DNA from: Mayamaea pseudoterrestris
Taxonomy: Eukaryota
Length of the DNA stretch: 64,000 nt
Reading direction: 5' to 3'
Assembly: GCA_027923505.1 (NCBI GenBank)
Contig: BROI01000010.1
Span: 248,001 to 312,000 of the forward strand
Under the pieces are notes generated by a model that ran no database searches, had not been told where the DNA came from, and saw nothing but the letters and a program-made list of their open reading frames with translations. Of the stretch, positions 24,789-35,155 are shown piece by piece; the stretch's first letter is position 1; each line of letters starts with the position of its first letter. The translations under genes and the position numbers were made by a program.

Positions 24789-26579
24789 GCGGCTCCAACT
24801 AGTGACATTGCCAACGATGGTGATACAGCCACTATTCCTCGACACGACGCTGCTTCCGCCACGTTGCTGCAAGCTAACCAGCTGCACTTTCGTCCCATTG
24901 CTCGCATCCACATCCACGAGCCAGACGCGCGCTCCAAGGTGACGGACGCACGATCCCATGGAATTCCAGTCGTTGTGACGGGGCATGCCGGATGGGCGCA
25001 GTTTGCCGCCAATTGGCTCCGAAATTGCAATTTAGACGAGTTGCTCGACTTGGCGTCGCAAAACTACGAGTTGGATGTCGAGCGCATGAAGCAAGACATT
25101 GGCGACGAGTTGGTGCCAATCATGAAACAGCATGCAAGCTACGATCAAGATGGAAGTTTGATTGCAGGCTTTGAAACGGTGCAACACTTTTTGGATCAAT
25201 GCTGGAGCAATGAGGCCGCTCCCGAAAAGCTGTACTTGCACCAGTGGCAATTTCCGCTCTCCAAGACTGCCGCGGCGAAGCTCTGCGGTCGCGGCAAGAA
25301 TGTGCCGCTTCCCGTACTTGGCGAGGATTTGCTCAAGTACTGGCACGATGACGTTCAGGATGTGCCGTTTCAGTACATATTCATGGGTCCAGCGCAAACC
25401 ATGACCAAGCTGCATCAGGATGCGGGTGGCTTGGCCATTACCATTGCGCCCATTGTCGGTACCAAGGAGGTTGTCTTGCTTCATCGAGACGATGGCAAAC
25501 GATGCTTTGCAAACATGGAGGCTGACGTTGACTATCCCGACTTGGTGCGATTTCCTCGCATGAAGTGGGCGCGGCTGTACAAGTCGGTGCTTGAGCCTGG
25601 CGAGATTTTGATCATGCCGGCGGGAACGTATCATCAGTGCCGCAACACGACGCATTGCCTTTCCTACAGCCGCTTTTTCCTTGACTCGGTCAATTTACTC
25701 GAGTTTTTCGAGTCGTTTGTGGCGAACGATGCGAAGGATACGGACCATGACGAAATTCTTTGGAACGCCATGGTGGACATGGATAAGCAGCTAGGCACGT
25801 ACGTCAAGCATCATCCGGTAAGTTCTAGCGTTGACTGTCCAAAGATGAATGCAGTTGCGGAGGAACTGCAGTTGCTCCGTCATGTAGGCCAGGAAATGTA
25901 CAAGGAGTACGTGAATCGGGAGGATTTACATAATCTTACTCAGTGGGCGCAGCATCTGGACGAGGTGGACGAAACACTTCACAACTACCAGTATCGAAAT
26001 GCCATCAATCCGCCAATGTTCCAAAAGCTTGCATTTGCCTTGCCGGAAATGCCGAATCGTCGGCGCGCTGCTGCGGCGTCCCGTAAGACTGAACGACCTC
26101 GAACAAAGACAAGGGCAGGTTCCGACTTGATCGGTCATGCTATTCGCCACCAGCCCAAAGTACCACCTCATTTAAAGCATTGTTCGCTTTCGGCGCTTGT
26201 CGATCTTGTGGAAGGTGAGCGAGTGCGCATGCGCTTGCATGGACACCTTGTGGAGGCTAGCGTCATTGAGCGGCGCCAGAACATGAATGCTGCTTACGTT
26301 CACTATCATGGCTATGGAGATTCCGAAGACGTTTGGCTCCCAGCATTGCGGCTGTTTACGTTGGAAGAGGATGGACAGATTGCACCTGCGAATTTTGACA
26401 ACCTTGCAGTCGGTGCCAAGGTTTACATTAAAATTAGTGGTGAGCAGTTTCAGGCCACCGTCAAGGAGTTTCGATCGTGCGCATTCTATCTCCTCATGCT
26501 GCGCCTTGGTCGCAAGAAGGACGACACGCCGATTAAAATTTGGCAAACACGAGACTCTATTATTGAGAAGGTCAATTGA
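23721..26579 (+). CDS. Chromodomain - JmjC - Tudor-knot protein (putative chromatin reader and demethylase/hydroxylase)
   Basis: Chromo YEIQQIL...EYFVRWKDWSAEHDSWEP; JmjC IFMGPAQTMTKLHQD...LEPGEILIMPAGTYHQC (HxD...H intact); Tudor-knot GERV...AYVHYHGYGDSEDVWLP. Confidence 0.85.
24753..24792 (+). repeat. (GCA)n trinucleotide run encoding poly-Ala
   Basis: gcagcagcagc... within the chromo-JmjC gene. Confidence 0.9.
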
Positions 26580-26800
26580 AACTTGTGTAGAATGTGCTGT
26601 TTTATCAAAGCAGCGCTGACTCTCTGATAGAATGGGTCGGTTCATACGAGCTGAGCAACTATACGTCTGTGTAGTAACTTGAATAACCATATGCATTAAC
26701 ATATTGTCTGTCATTAATGTAAATGCAATTACTTGAACGGCTGGGGCAACGAACTATCGAGCAACAACGAACGTTCGCAACCTGCATTCTGCTTTGCGTG

Positions 26801-28717
26801 TCACCGCCTTCGTATCCAACGAGCAATGAAGAAACCATCGCTGTCATGCAAATGTGGCAACAGTTGCCGGTGATGAGGTTTGCTGCCACTGTTGCTGACT
26901 TTCGTAACGGGCCAAACGGCGGTATCAAAGTCCCACGGCTGCCAGCCAACTCCAGCTTGCTCCTCCCACGCATCGGCCACTTGCTCATTCTCCCACTCTA
27001 AAATAGAGCATGTCGCATATACAAGCCGCCCACCGGGTTTTACAAGTTGAGACGCTCGCTTCAAAATGTCCAGCTGCAAGGCCGGAAATGTGATGCGAGC
27101 GCCACGCTCCGTCAAGATCCACCGCTGGCTGGGTCGTCGCCGCAAGGCTCCCGACGACGAGCAAGGAGCATCCACCAAGACCACGTCTGCGGCGTCGTGC
27201 AAAAAGAATTCATCGTTGTCAATGATACAGGTCGTTGCATTGATGACTCTCGTGTGAATATTGATAAAGTCGTGATCCAGCAAGCCAGCTCGCGGCAGAC
27301 TCCCTTTTAATTGACGCAATCGTTCCGGTACAACGTCCATCGCCCAAATGTGACTCTGCCGCTTGCTGCTAGTTTCATTGTTATAATCGTCTCCATTCGA
27401 ATATTGCTGCTGCTCCTGCTCTTGCTGCTGCATCATCATATTGCTCACCAGTCCCAACGTTTTGCCGCCATTGCCGGCACAGTAGTCAACAATAACAGAG
27501 TCACTAAGTCGCGCTTGCGTCGCCGCACAAATGAGCTGCGAGCCAACATCCTGCACTTCCATCCAGCCGTTCTTCCAAGCCGTCATGCTCCAAATGGATG
27601 GCGTCGTAGCTGCTGGTGAAAGTGTGTGGTCATTGTCGACACATGTAAATGGCTGCTGCTGCAACGGCGACAATCGAAGGCAACCAGCGGGTGGCGGCCA
27701 AACGACGTTATCATTTGCACCGTCCTCTTCGCCATGACGCTGCTCCAACGATACATTGTCCACCACCAACAGTGTCACATTACACTCTTGCTGCAGCGCT
27801 TGCATCAACGATTCGTCGTCATGACACTTGACGGCGTTGCGCCGCAGCGTGACTGGTCCCGGCTGGTTCAAAACGTGCGCCAGTCGCTCGGCATTGTCGC
27901 AACCATACTGCCGCACCAGGGCCTGCGCCAAAAATTCGGGAAGACTGCACTGGACGGAGAGGCGTGTGGCGTCGTCGGTGGGCCAAGTAATCGTGGCCAG
28001 CGTTTCGACCATGGCGCCAGCCATGTGGCTCACGTGGTAGTCCACCATGGATTGCACCTTGCATTCGTCGTCGTCGTCCATGAATCGTTCAGTTGCAGCA
28101 TTTACCACATTTCGAGTTGTCATCGTTTCATTCCATATATACTCGTAGCGCCGCTTCCAGACGCACGTTCCCAAAATGATCGCGGACAGTCGGGCTCGCA
28201 TCCACTTTAGCTCGGCACTGGATAGCGATAACAAAGATGAGACGTTGCTGCCGTCGTTGTTGCTATTGGCTGCAGTCGTCTTGGTCAAGTTGCGCAAACA
28301 CTGCTGCAGCGCCTTTTCGGCGGATACCATTGTATTGTTGTTGTTCATGGGAAACAAGACTGGCCGCAACGCTTGCACGGCCAAGTTGCGTGACGCTTGC
28401 TCCAGCTGCTCGAGTCGATGGCGATCATGTTGCTGAATCTCAATATCGTCTTGGACTGGCATCGCATGCAAGTGCAGCTTCAATGTGACGACACTATTTC
28501 CGGTAAACCGACCCAGATTCCTTCTCGAAACGAATGATGAGACTCCATGACTGCCACCCAGCATGAAAAGAAGTATCAACAAGAATCGTCGCAAGCCACT
28601 ACCAAATTTCGCCGACCCCGACGCCGATGCCGATGCTGATGCTGACGCCGATGCTGATCCTGATGCCGATCCTGATGCCGATGCCGATACTACTCCTGGA
28701 ATGGACGGTACTACCAT
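26801..28717 (-). CDS. RsmB/NOP2/Sun family RNA m5C methyltransferase, probably organelle-targeted
   Basis: EVQDVGSQ, VDYCAGNGGKT, VLVDAPCSSSG and LVYATCS (both catalytic Cys present), DGFFIA. N-terminal hydrophobic stretch is followed by VSS-FV. Start codon uncertain. Confidence 0.9.
   Translation of the reverse strand: MVVPSIPGVVSASASGSASGSASASASASASASGSAKFGSGLRRFLLILLFMLGGSHGVSSFVSRRNLGRFTGNSVVTLKLHLHAMPVQDDIEIQQHDRHRLEQLEQASRNLAVQALRPVLFPMNNNNTMVSAEKALQQCLRNLTKTTAANSNNDGSNVSSLLSLSSAELKWMRARLSAIILGTCVWKRRYEYIWNETMTTRNVVNAATERFMDDDDECKVQSMVDYHVSHMAGAMVETLATITWPTDDATRLSVQCSLPEFLAQALVRQYGCDNAERLAHVLNQPGPVTLRRNAVKCHDDESLMQALQQECNVTLLVVDNVSLEQRHGEEDGANDNVVWPPPAGCLRLSPLQQQPFTCVDNDHTLSPAATTPSIWSMTAWKNGWMEVQDVGSQLICAATQARLSDSVIVDYCAGNGGKTLGLVSNMMMQQQEQEQQQYSNGDDYNNETSSKRQSHIWAMDVVPERLRQLKGSLPRAGLLDHDFINIHTRVINATTCIIDNDEFFLHDAADVVLVDAPCSSSGALRRRPSQRWILTERGARITFPALQLDILKRASQLVKPGGRLVYATCSILEWENEQVADAWEEQAGVGWQPWDFDTAVWPVTKVSNSGSKPHHRQLLPHLHDSDGFFIARWIRRR
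28612..28690. repeat. Hexanucleotide-like repeat (gccgat/gctgat) encoding (SA)n in the methyltransferase N-terminus
   Basis: gccgatgccgatgctgatgctgacgccgat... Confidence 0.85.
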
Positions 28718-29365
28718 TGTTCTACGGTCGTCCCACTGCAAAGCTAGTTCATTGCATCATTTTCGTCATTTTGAACTCAAACTACGACTCGAATTGCTGT
28801 TTCTTCACAACATTATGATCGCGTCTCATATCATGGTGCAAATGGGATGGTCGCGATGTTGCAAATGTTGCGATGTCGCATCACCACTCGAGCAATACCG
28901 CTCCGACGTGGCGTCACTGCCGCGCCGGCGCGCCACGCCATCATCCGCGGATCCCTTCGCTCGCACATTGCCGCATCGAGCGATCCATCGAAGCAAATCA
29001 ATCAAGGCTCTTTCAGTTCCAAACGAGAGGAGACTATCTGATCCGAGAGAAAGATTCCATTGAGCAATTAAAAAGGCAGGAGTAAAAGGCAGGCAAGTAC
29101 TACTATTGGTATTGATCATGCAGGCGAGCCATGATGACCGAATGTGCACGAGGTTGCACGAAAATCCAAGAGAATTCTTGCATGTGCCGCAGCGAAACGG
29201 ATGTATATTTCAACGCTCCTATAAGTTTGGACTGTCTCGTGGAAGTGATAATCACGTAAATTTCGACTGACACATTTGCTTGCGTTGTTTGCTTCGTGTT
29301 TCGTGTATTTGCAGCAACTTCAGGAATTTTTCAACAGAGGCAGAACAAGTCACGTCAATACTACC

Positions 29366-31747
29366 ATGAACACCATGAGCAATACCAAGACTCTACTTCC
29401 CCGCCTTGGCGCGCGGGTTGCCATTACCTTTGAACCACCCATGGGCGAATTGTTTGGCGTGGTGCAGCGCGTCTGCGAGTCGATAAACGTGGACGCCGAC
29501 TATGGATGCCAAGACGATGGCTGTTTTGTGGATGTCGACTTTGACGATGGCTATCAGGAAAAGAACTGGAAGTGGGATGCTAATCGTTGTCGCGTGATTG
29601 CGGCTGGTGCAGACGGCAAGGTGCATGTTGAGAGTCACGCGAAAATGAAGGAGGAGCCAGAGGAAACGGCAAGCGCCACGCCAGAACCAACCGTAGAGGC
29701 TTCAGAAACCAAGCCCAAGACTGACGAACATGAAGAGGAAGAGGAAGAGGAAGAGGAGGACGATGAGGAAGAAGATGATGATTCGGAGGAGGATGACGAC
29801 GACGAGGATTACGAGTCGGACGAGTCGTCCACCAACCACTTGAAGCGCAAGGACTCTCCGTCACCCGCGTCTGGTGAAGCGAAAAAGGCCAAGGTTGACG
29901 ACGACTGCGACGACATGAAAGACGATGATGATGACGACAAGCCTCACGCCGTCGTTTCGCCGACATTGCGCAAGGATCAAGAGTTGCAGCGAACCCAAGG
30001 TGGTGAAGCGAAAATGGCCAAGGTTGATGCCGACAAAATGGAGGACGAAGACACGTCTACACTCAAGACGGATCGCGAATTGTTGCGAATCGAGAGGGTT
30101 TTGGCTAAAGCGATTGGAGCGACGGCTGCCGACGATGCGGCCGCCACAACTCCTGCAGCGATGGAAGCATCGCCAGAATGCAAGACGTACACAAGCTTGG
30201 CGAAGCCAGTTGCGAATGATAAGGCTGCTGCGTCTGCGACGGCGGTTGACGCTGGTGCCATTCCTCATGTGATTTTTGGGTCGCCAGAGTGCAAGACGTA
30301 TCGAGTTATCGAGTGTCAAGCTCATTTAAAGGCCATTACCGAGCCTAGTGCCGGGACAGTTTCGGCGAGCAAGGCTCCAGTTGACCGTCCTGATGAAATC
30401 TTTGCGTCGCCAGAGTGCAATACGTATCAATCCCTGACCAAGAGCAAGTCGGCTGCCAGCGAGCCTACCGGTAGTGCTGGGACAGCTTCGGTAATCAAGG
30501 CTCCACAGGACCGTCCTGATGTAATTTTTGCGTCGCCAGAGTGCACAACGTATCAATCATTGACCAAGAGCAAGTCGGCTGCTGGCGCGTCGGCCGCGAG
30601 TGGGTCGAATGGAAACGCACACACGTTTTATACATATTCACCAATCGGTGGACCGCGCTCGGGTACTATTGGCAGTGGACTGCCCAAATCGGCTGGCAAG
30701 CCCTTTGCTCGAATGGAAAAAGGAGGTCAAGATGCGGCAGCTGCCTTTGTTGCAGCGACTTGTCGTAATGCTGCTCAGGGCGGTTATGTACACTTGACGC
30801 CGCAGGGCAAGCCTTCCGCAATGACGCCCAAGGCGAGCTCTGGCGCGCACAATGACGTGTATCAACCAGCGCGTCAGTCTGCCAAAGCAATGGCTTGCTC
30901 GGAAGCTGTAATCGAATCGAATCGCGGCAAATGGGGCAGTGGCGGCAAGGCGAATGGAGCCACCAGTCTTTTTGAAGCGTCTGGAAGCGAGGACGACTCC
31001 CGGTCTGATGATCGGGCATATTCGAACAAGGACATTGCTGGCGCCCCCAAGGAGGATGAGGAATTGAGCGAGAGCGAAAGCGAAAGCGAAGTTGAGAGTG
31101 AATCTGAGGTTGATGACGATTCGAAGAATGTCGACGTAAATGAGATGAATAACCAGATCAACAATGATGACGCAAATGGTACGGATAGCGAAAATGAGAG
31201 CGAGTCAGAAAGATCATCTATATTTGACGACGTTGGCGTCACTTGCTTGGTCCATTCTGAGGGCGATGAAAAGGACGATGATGACGATGACGATTATGTC
31301 TTCAAAGCTTCGCACTATCATTCGTCAAGCGGAAGCGACCTTGGATCGGACAATGATGAGAGCGTTGCGAAATTGCAGGATGGCACTGCCTCGGATGAAT
31401 ACCAGGAGGAGGATGGAGCTTTGGATGCAATGACAGACGACGTTGATGGAAAGGTGGAAGCAGACGAACAGGTCAATGTCGCAATTGAGCCCAAGGTTGC
31501 AGCTTGGAAGCGTCTCTTGCGTGGTCTTTTCTGGTTTGTTTGCGTTCTGGCCAAGCTGTTTACCTATGCGTCGGTTGCTTTTACTGTCTGGTTCTTTTGC
31601 TGCTTTGTCTTTATCCACTTGAACAAGAGACATGGCCACTTTATGGATGAGTCGTTTGCTCGCGCCCAGGAAACTTGTGAAGCCATGGAGGAGTGGACCA
31701 AAGGACTTGGCAAGATGATTTGGTCATACTTGCCACGATACGAGTAG
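29366..31747 (+). CDS. Acidic low-complexity protein with Tudor-like N-terminus, four SPECxTY repeats and a C-terminal transmembrane segment
   Basis: Long ORF with GARVAITF...GVV...VDVDFDDG, repeats SPECKTY/SPECNTY/SPECTTY and hydrophobic tail LFWFVCVLAKLFTYASVAFTVWFFCCFVFIH. Confidence 0.7.
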   Translation: MNTMSNTKTLLPRLGARVAITFEPPMGELFGVVQRVCESINVDADYGCQDDGCFVDVDFDDGYQEKNWKWDANRCRVIAAGADGKVHVESHAKMKEEPEETASATPEPTVEASETKPKTDEHEEEEEEEEEDDEEEDDDSEEDDDDEDYESDESSTNHLKRKDSPSPASGEAKKAKVDDDCDDMKDDDDDDKPHAVVSPTLRKDQELQRTQGGEAKMAKVDADKMEDEDTSTLKTDRELLRIERVLAKAIGATAADDAAATTPAAMEASPECKTYTSLAKPVANDKAAASATAVDAGAIPHVIFGSPECKTYRVIECQAHLKAITEPSAGTVSASKAPVDRPDEIFASPECNTYQSLTKSKSAASEPTGSAGTASVIKAPQDRPDVIFASPECTTYQSLTKSKSAAGASAASGSNGNAHTFYTYSPIGGPRSGTIGSGLPKSAGKPFARMEKGGQDAAAAFVAATCRNAAQGGYVHLTPQGKPSAMTPKASSGAHNDVYQPARQSAKAMACSEAVIESNRGKWGSGGKANGATSLFEASGSEDDSRSDDRAYSNKDIAGAPKEDEELSESESESEVESESEVDDDSKNVDVNEMNNQINNDDANGTDSENESESERSSIFDDVGVTCLVHSEGDEKDDDDDDDYVFKASHYHSSSGSDLGSDNDESVAKLQDGTASDEYQEEDGALDAMTDDVDGKVEADEQVNVAIEPKVAAWKRLLRGLFWFVCVLAKLFTYASVAFTVWFFCCFVFIHLNKRHGHFMDESFARAQETCEAMEEWTKGLGKMIWSYLPRYE

Positions 31748-32629
31748 GAGTTGGCGATGCGCCAACGGGGTCGACCCTGGAACGTTTGCATTATGGCATG
31801 GTTGCGGTTGGCAAGTTTTACATTTTACTTTATGATTGAGTTAGTTTCTGTTGAGAATGGTGATAGCTTGGAACTGACATACATGATATAACGATTTAGC
31901 GTTTTACTTTATTGCAAGTGGTAGCGTTTTATTCAACTTCAACTGTTCCGGCAAAATCCGCCTTGCCGGCGGATCGCGTGTTTGGGCCGAAACGGTCATG
32001 TCTTGCTGCATGAATGGAAGCAAATAATAGTCGATGTATCATGTCGGCACCAAGTATGACATGGCAACATTAACACTCACAGTCAGCTCGATCATTTGGC
32101 ATTACGCAAGGGCTCGTAGGTGGCTGCATTGATCAATGGGCGAGCGACGAGGATTACTGATGGAAATGGGCTTATATACTTAGCGTGTCAGTTGTGAGTC
32201 GTTCCAAAATTACACAAATGACCGAATGACCGCCGAAAGCTCGACCATGACGCTTGCCACCGTCGCAATCTCTACATCTCTACATCCATAGACCATATCC
32301 AGCGACCGACGAAAGCCAGCGCGTATTATTGTTCTGCAATTGCGCATTCAGATATAAGGCAAAAAGAGGTCGAGATAACAACATTACAGCACGAGAGTCG
32401 AGGAGGCGCCGGTCGCCGACCTATTTGTTGCCGCTTTGCTCATTTCGCCTGGCGATTCCAGACATGGATTTTATATCCAGACCACTTCCTGGGGTGCAAA
32501 AAAAAAAAGATATCGAAAGAGACGCGGATGCGAAGAGTAATCAAAAACCATGAGAGTCGTTCTCAGAGCTTGACAAACATTTGAAACGCTACACAGACAG
32601 TCCATTTGTATCTACTTTCTGCTTACACC

Positions 32630-34591
32630 ATGGTAAGATCAACAATCGTCAATCACAAGCTCGTGAGCGATACAAATGCTATTCCCAGGGACTCGGCTGG
32701 TGATGAGCTGGAGCGTCTTCTTCAGGACAGCCAATACCTAAAGAGAATGATGAAGGGTCCGATGAAAGAAAGGTCCGCAACGTTTGCTGGTGACACGCCT
32801 TGCCTGGTTTCACCGGACCACTTCGGAGTGTGCATTCATTGTGGCCAATGCAAGAAATATAGTGTATTCTCTAATCACTTCAACTTGAACAGCGCAAAAG
32901 ATCGCTGCTCTGCCCTTCGAGAGTTTGCGCAAGCCTATGTACGCGCCATTGTGCTTAACGAACCGACTCCTGCGTGGCCCACTGACCTTCCAACTGATGC
33001 CAATGGCCGGGTTATCAAAACATGCGCTACTCCTCCGGATCGGCAGCATGACTCTGTTCTTCCGACGACGTTCATTGACGAAAATCTCTCATTTCCATAC
33101 GAGATTGAAAGAGGCGATTTTAAGCACGGACGACCGAGGATTCTGACAGAGCCAAACCAAAAGGTCCCGCATAAAGTCTACATCGGCAAGCCAGTCACTT
33201 GTTTCGTATGCCATAAGCAAGGTCTCGATCCTTACTCTTTGGGCCAGCATTGCCGCACCAAATGCTGCCAACAGTATCGACGTTTCATCATGGAAAGGCT
33301 ACTTTTAAAGCAACAGGCCTTGATATTGCGATCGCATTGTCGAACGACAACGTGCCTTGGACCTGCACGTCTTTCAGATACACGAGAGGCGAGAGTGCGT
33401 ACTAGAAAGCAAGCCATACCAATTGATTCGTTTCCTACCAGCATCACGACTCCCCCCAAGGGTTACTTTGATTTATTCAAAGCAGCTGCCCATATCGGTC
33501 CGAGCATTCGGGTGACAAAACTTCATGATATTGAATGCTTTTTAAAACGATTTGGTGCTTTGTCCGAGCCATCGGATCTCAACAAGGTTGCAAAGGGGAC
33601 TATATCCGCTGACGCCATTCAAACGGAGCATGATGCAGACGTCAGTTCGTCCAGTGCCTACAGCGGAGTAGCCAACGCGATGTACACTCAAAGCCATCAT
33701 GCATCAACGAATGATATTACCGTTGACCAAAATCACCAGTTGATGAATGCAAAAGCTGAATTGGATAATCCGAATCTGTTTCGATACAAATTGATCGTCG
33801 GCAATTCACGTCCCGAGCCGGACAAGGTTGGAAATGTGCAACATTGCGTTGATCTTGCGACACATGCGCAGAGCAAGCGCAAGGCTTTTACATCGCCAGG
33901 TCGGTTTAAAAAGAAGAGCAAAAAGGCAAGGGTTTCTACACCAGACGCGGTTGTGGTTGCGTCGACAAATCAGTTTGAAGGTTCGACTGCCGCGAGAGGT
34001 ACCATTGCCCGTCCTGCCGATGCACGACGAGAAGCAGGTTCAATGCATACTACAATCCCTGCACGAAAAACAGCAAGCAGAACAAAGACACGAACTTGCT
34101 TCCCTGCAGCAACAGAATATGAAACGCAGCGACATGGCACGCCTCGCACTAGAACTTCAATTGAGCGCACTTGCGAGAAGGAAATAGATTCGACTAACGC
34201 GAAGGAAAACGGCAACAGACGCACCGAGGCCGTCAGTGGCCAGTCGTTTGTGTTGAACAACAATCAAGTGGAACCCAAGGCTTTGCCTGTTGTCCCAGAC
34301 CAAGTAGTGGTATCGCAGGAGCAAGGGAGCAATAGAGAGTTTGCCGTAATAGAAGGAACGGAAGGAGCCGATGAAAGCAAACGGGAAGAAAGAGTCAAAG
34401 CTGACGACGATGCCGTAGTCGCTGCATCAGCCCAAGTTTTCCAATCAGCAGCATGGCAGCGACCTTGGCGTTGCACTGCTATGATCATTCGCGTCTTAAT
34501 GAAGGTTATAGTGGTGGCTTGGGCTGCTTTTACATTGTGGTTCTTTCTTGTATTTCTCCGCATCCATTGCACCGATTCGAGCCGCGAGTAA
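32630..34591 (+). CDS. Hypothetical protein with two zinc-finger-like motifs, a basic NLS and a C-terminal transmembrane anchor
   Basis: CIHCGQ...NHF...C and CFVC...QHCRTKC; RFKKKSKKAR; tail IIRVLMKVIVVAWAAFTLWFFLVFLRIH. Confidence 0.65.
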   Translation: MVRSTIVNHKLVSDTNAIPRDSAGDELERLLQDSQYLKRMMKGPMKERSATFAGDTPCLVSPDHFGVCIHCGQCKKYSVFSNHFNLNSAKDRCSALREFAQAYVRAIVLNEPTPAWPTDLPTDANGRVIKTCATPPDRQHDSVLPTTFIDENLSFPYEIERGDFKHGRPRILTEPNQKVPHKVYIGKPVTCFVCHKQGLDPYSLGQHCRTKCCQQYRRFIMERLLLKQQALILRSHCRTTTCLGPARLSDTREARVRTRKQAIPIDSFPTSITTPPKGYFDLFKAAAHIGPSIRVTKLHDIECFLKRFGALSEPSDLNKVAKGTISADAIQTEHDADVSSSSAYSGVANAMYTQSHHASTNDITVDQNHQLMNAKAELDNPNLFRYKLIVGNSRPEPDKVGNVQHCVDLATHAQSKRKAFTSPGRFKKKSKKARVSTPDAVVVASTNQFEGSTAARGTIARPADARREAGSMHTTIPARKTASRTKTRTCFPAATEYETQRHGTPRTRTSIERTCEKEIDSTNAKENGNRRTEAVSGQSFVLNNNQVEPKALPVVPDQVVVSQEQGSNREFAVIEGTEGADESKREERVKADDDAVVAASAQVFQSAAWQRPWRCTAMIIRVLMKVIVVAWAAFTLWFFLVFLRIHCTDSSRE

Positions 34592-35155
34592 AGGCCAATG
34601 TTGACGGAGTGTGAGGTGTCCGGAAGACGAGGTTGTCCAATATGTATGACTACATGACTGCATGCGCAGACTATATAAGCAATATGCTGACATGCATTGT
34701 TCCACATTATGAACTGCATGATGTACGAGTATGAAATCACTGCAACTGGCGCTGTATACAATTTGCATCGATATTGAGTTATATGTTTTACTATAAATAT
34801 CCTGTTGATTGTCTGTTCCGTAGCTTGTAAAGTGCGCATGTCGTTGCCATGCAGATTGGCTCTTAAAAGTTGTCTGACAGTGAGTTATACGTTTGGTGAA
34901 ATTGATACGATAGGTAGCTGAACTGGAGCATCGAACTACGTGACGTGTTTGTGACGAATGACGATTCAGTCCCGCACAATTTCTATTCAGTCGTGCATTC
35001 GGCTTCCCGGAGCTTCGACGCGTGACATGTGCACGTGAATACTCCATGGAAAAGCTTCAAACTCGATCCACCAGTTCATCCGACAGAATTGATCCTGCTT
35101 TCTCGACACTACAACAACGAACGCAACCACAGGACAGCGTCAAGCTCATTACAAA

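Noticed and set aside
22629..25655. Long antisense ORFs over DBP10 and the JmjC gene (similar cases over histones and Lhcx)
   Set aside because: Shadow frames of real genes caused by codon bias.
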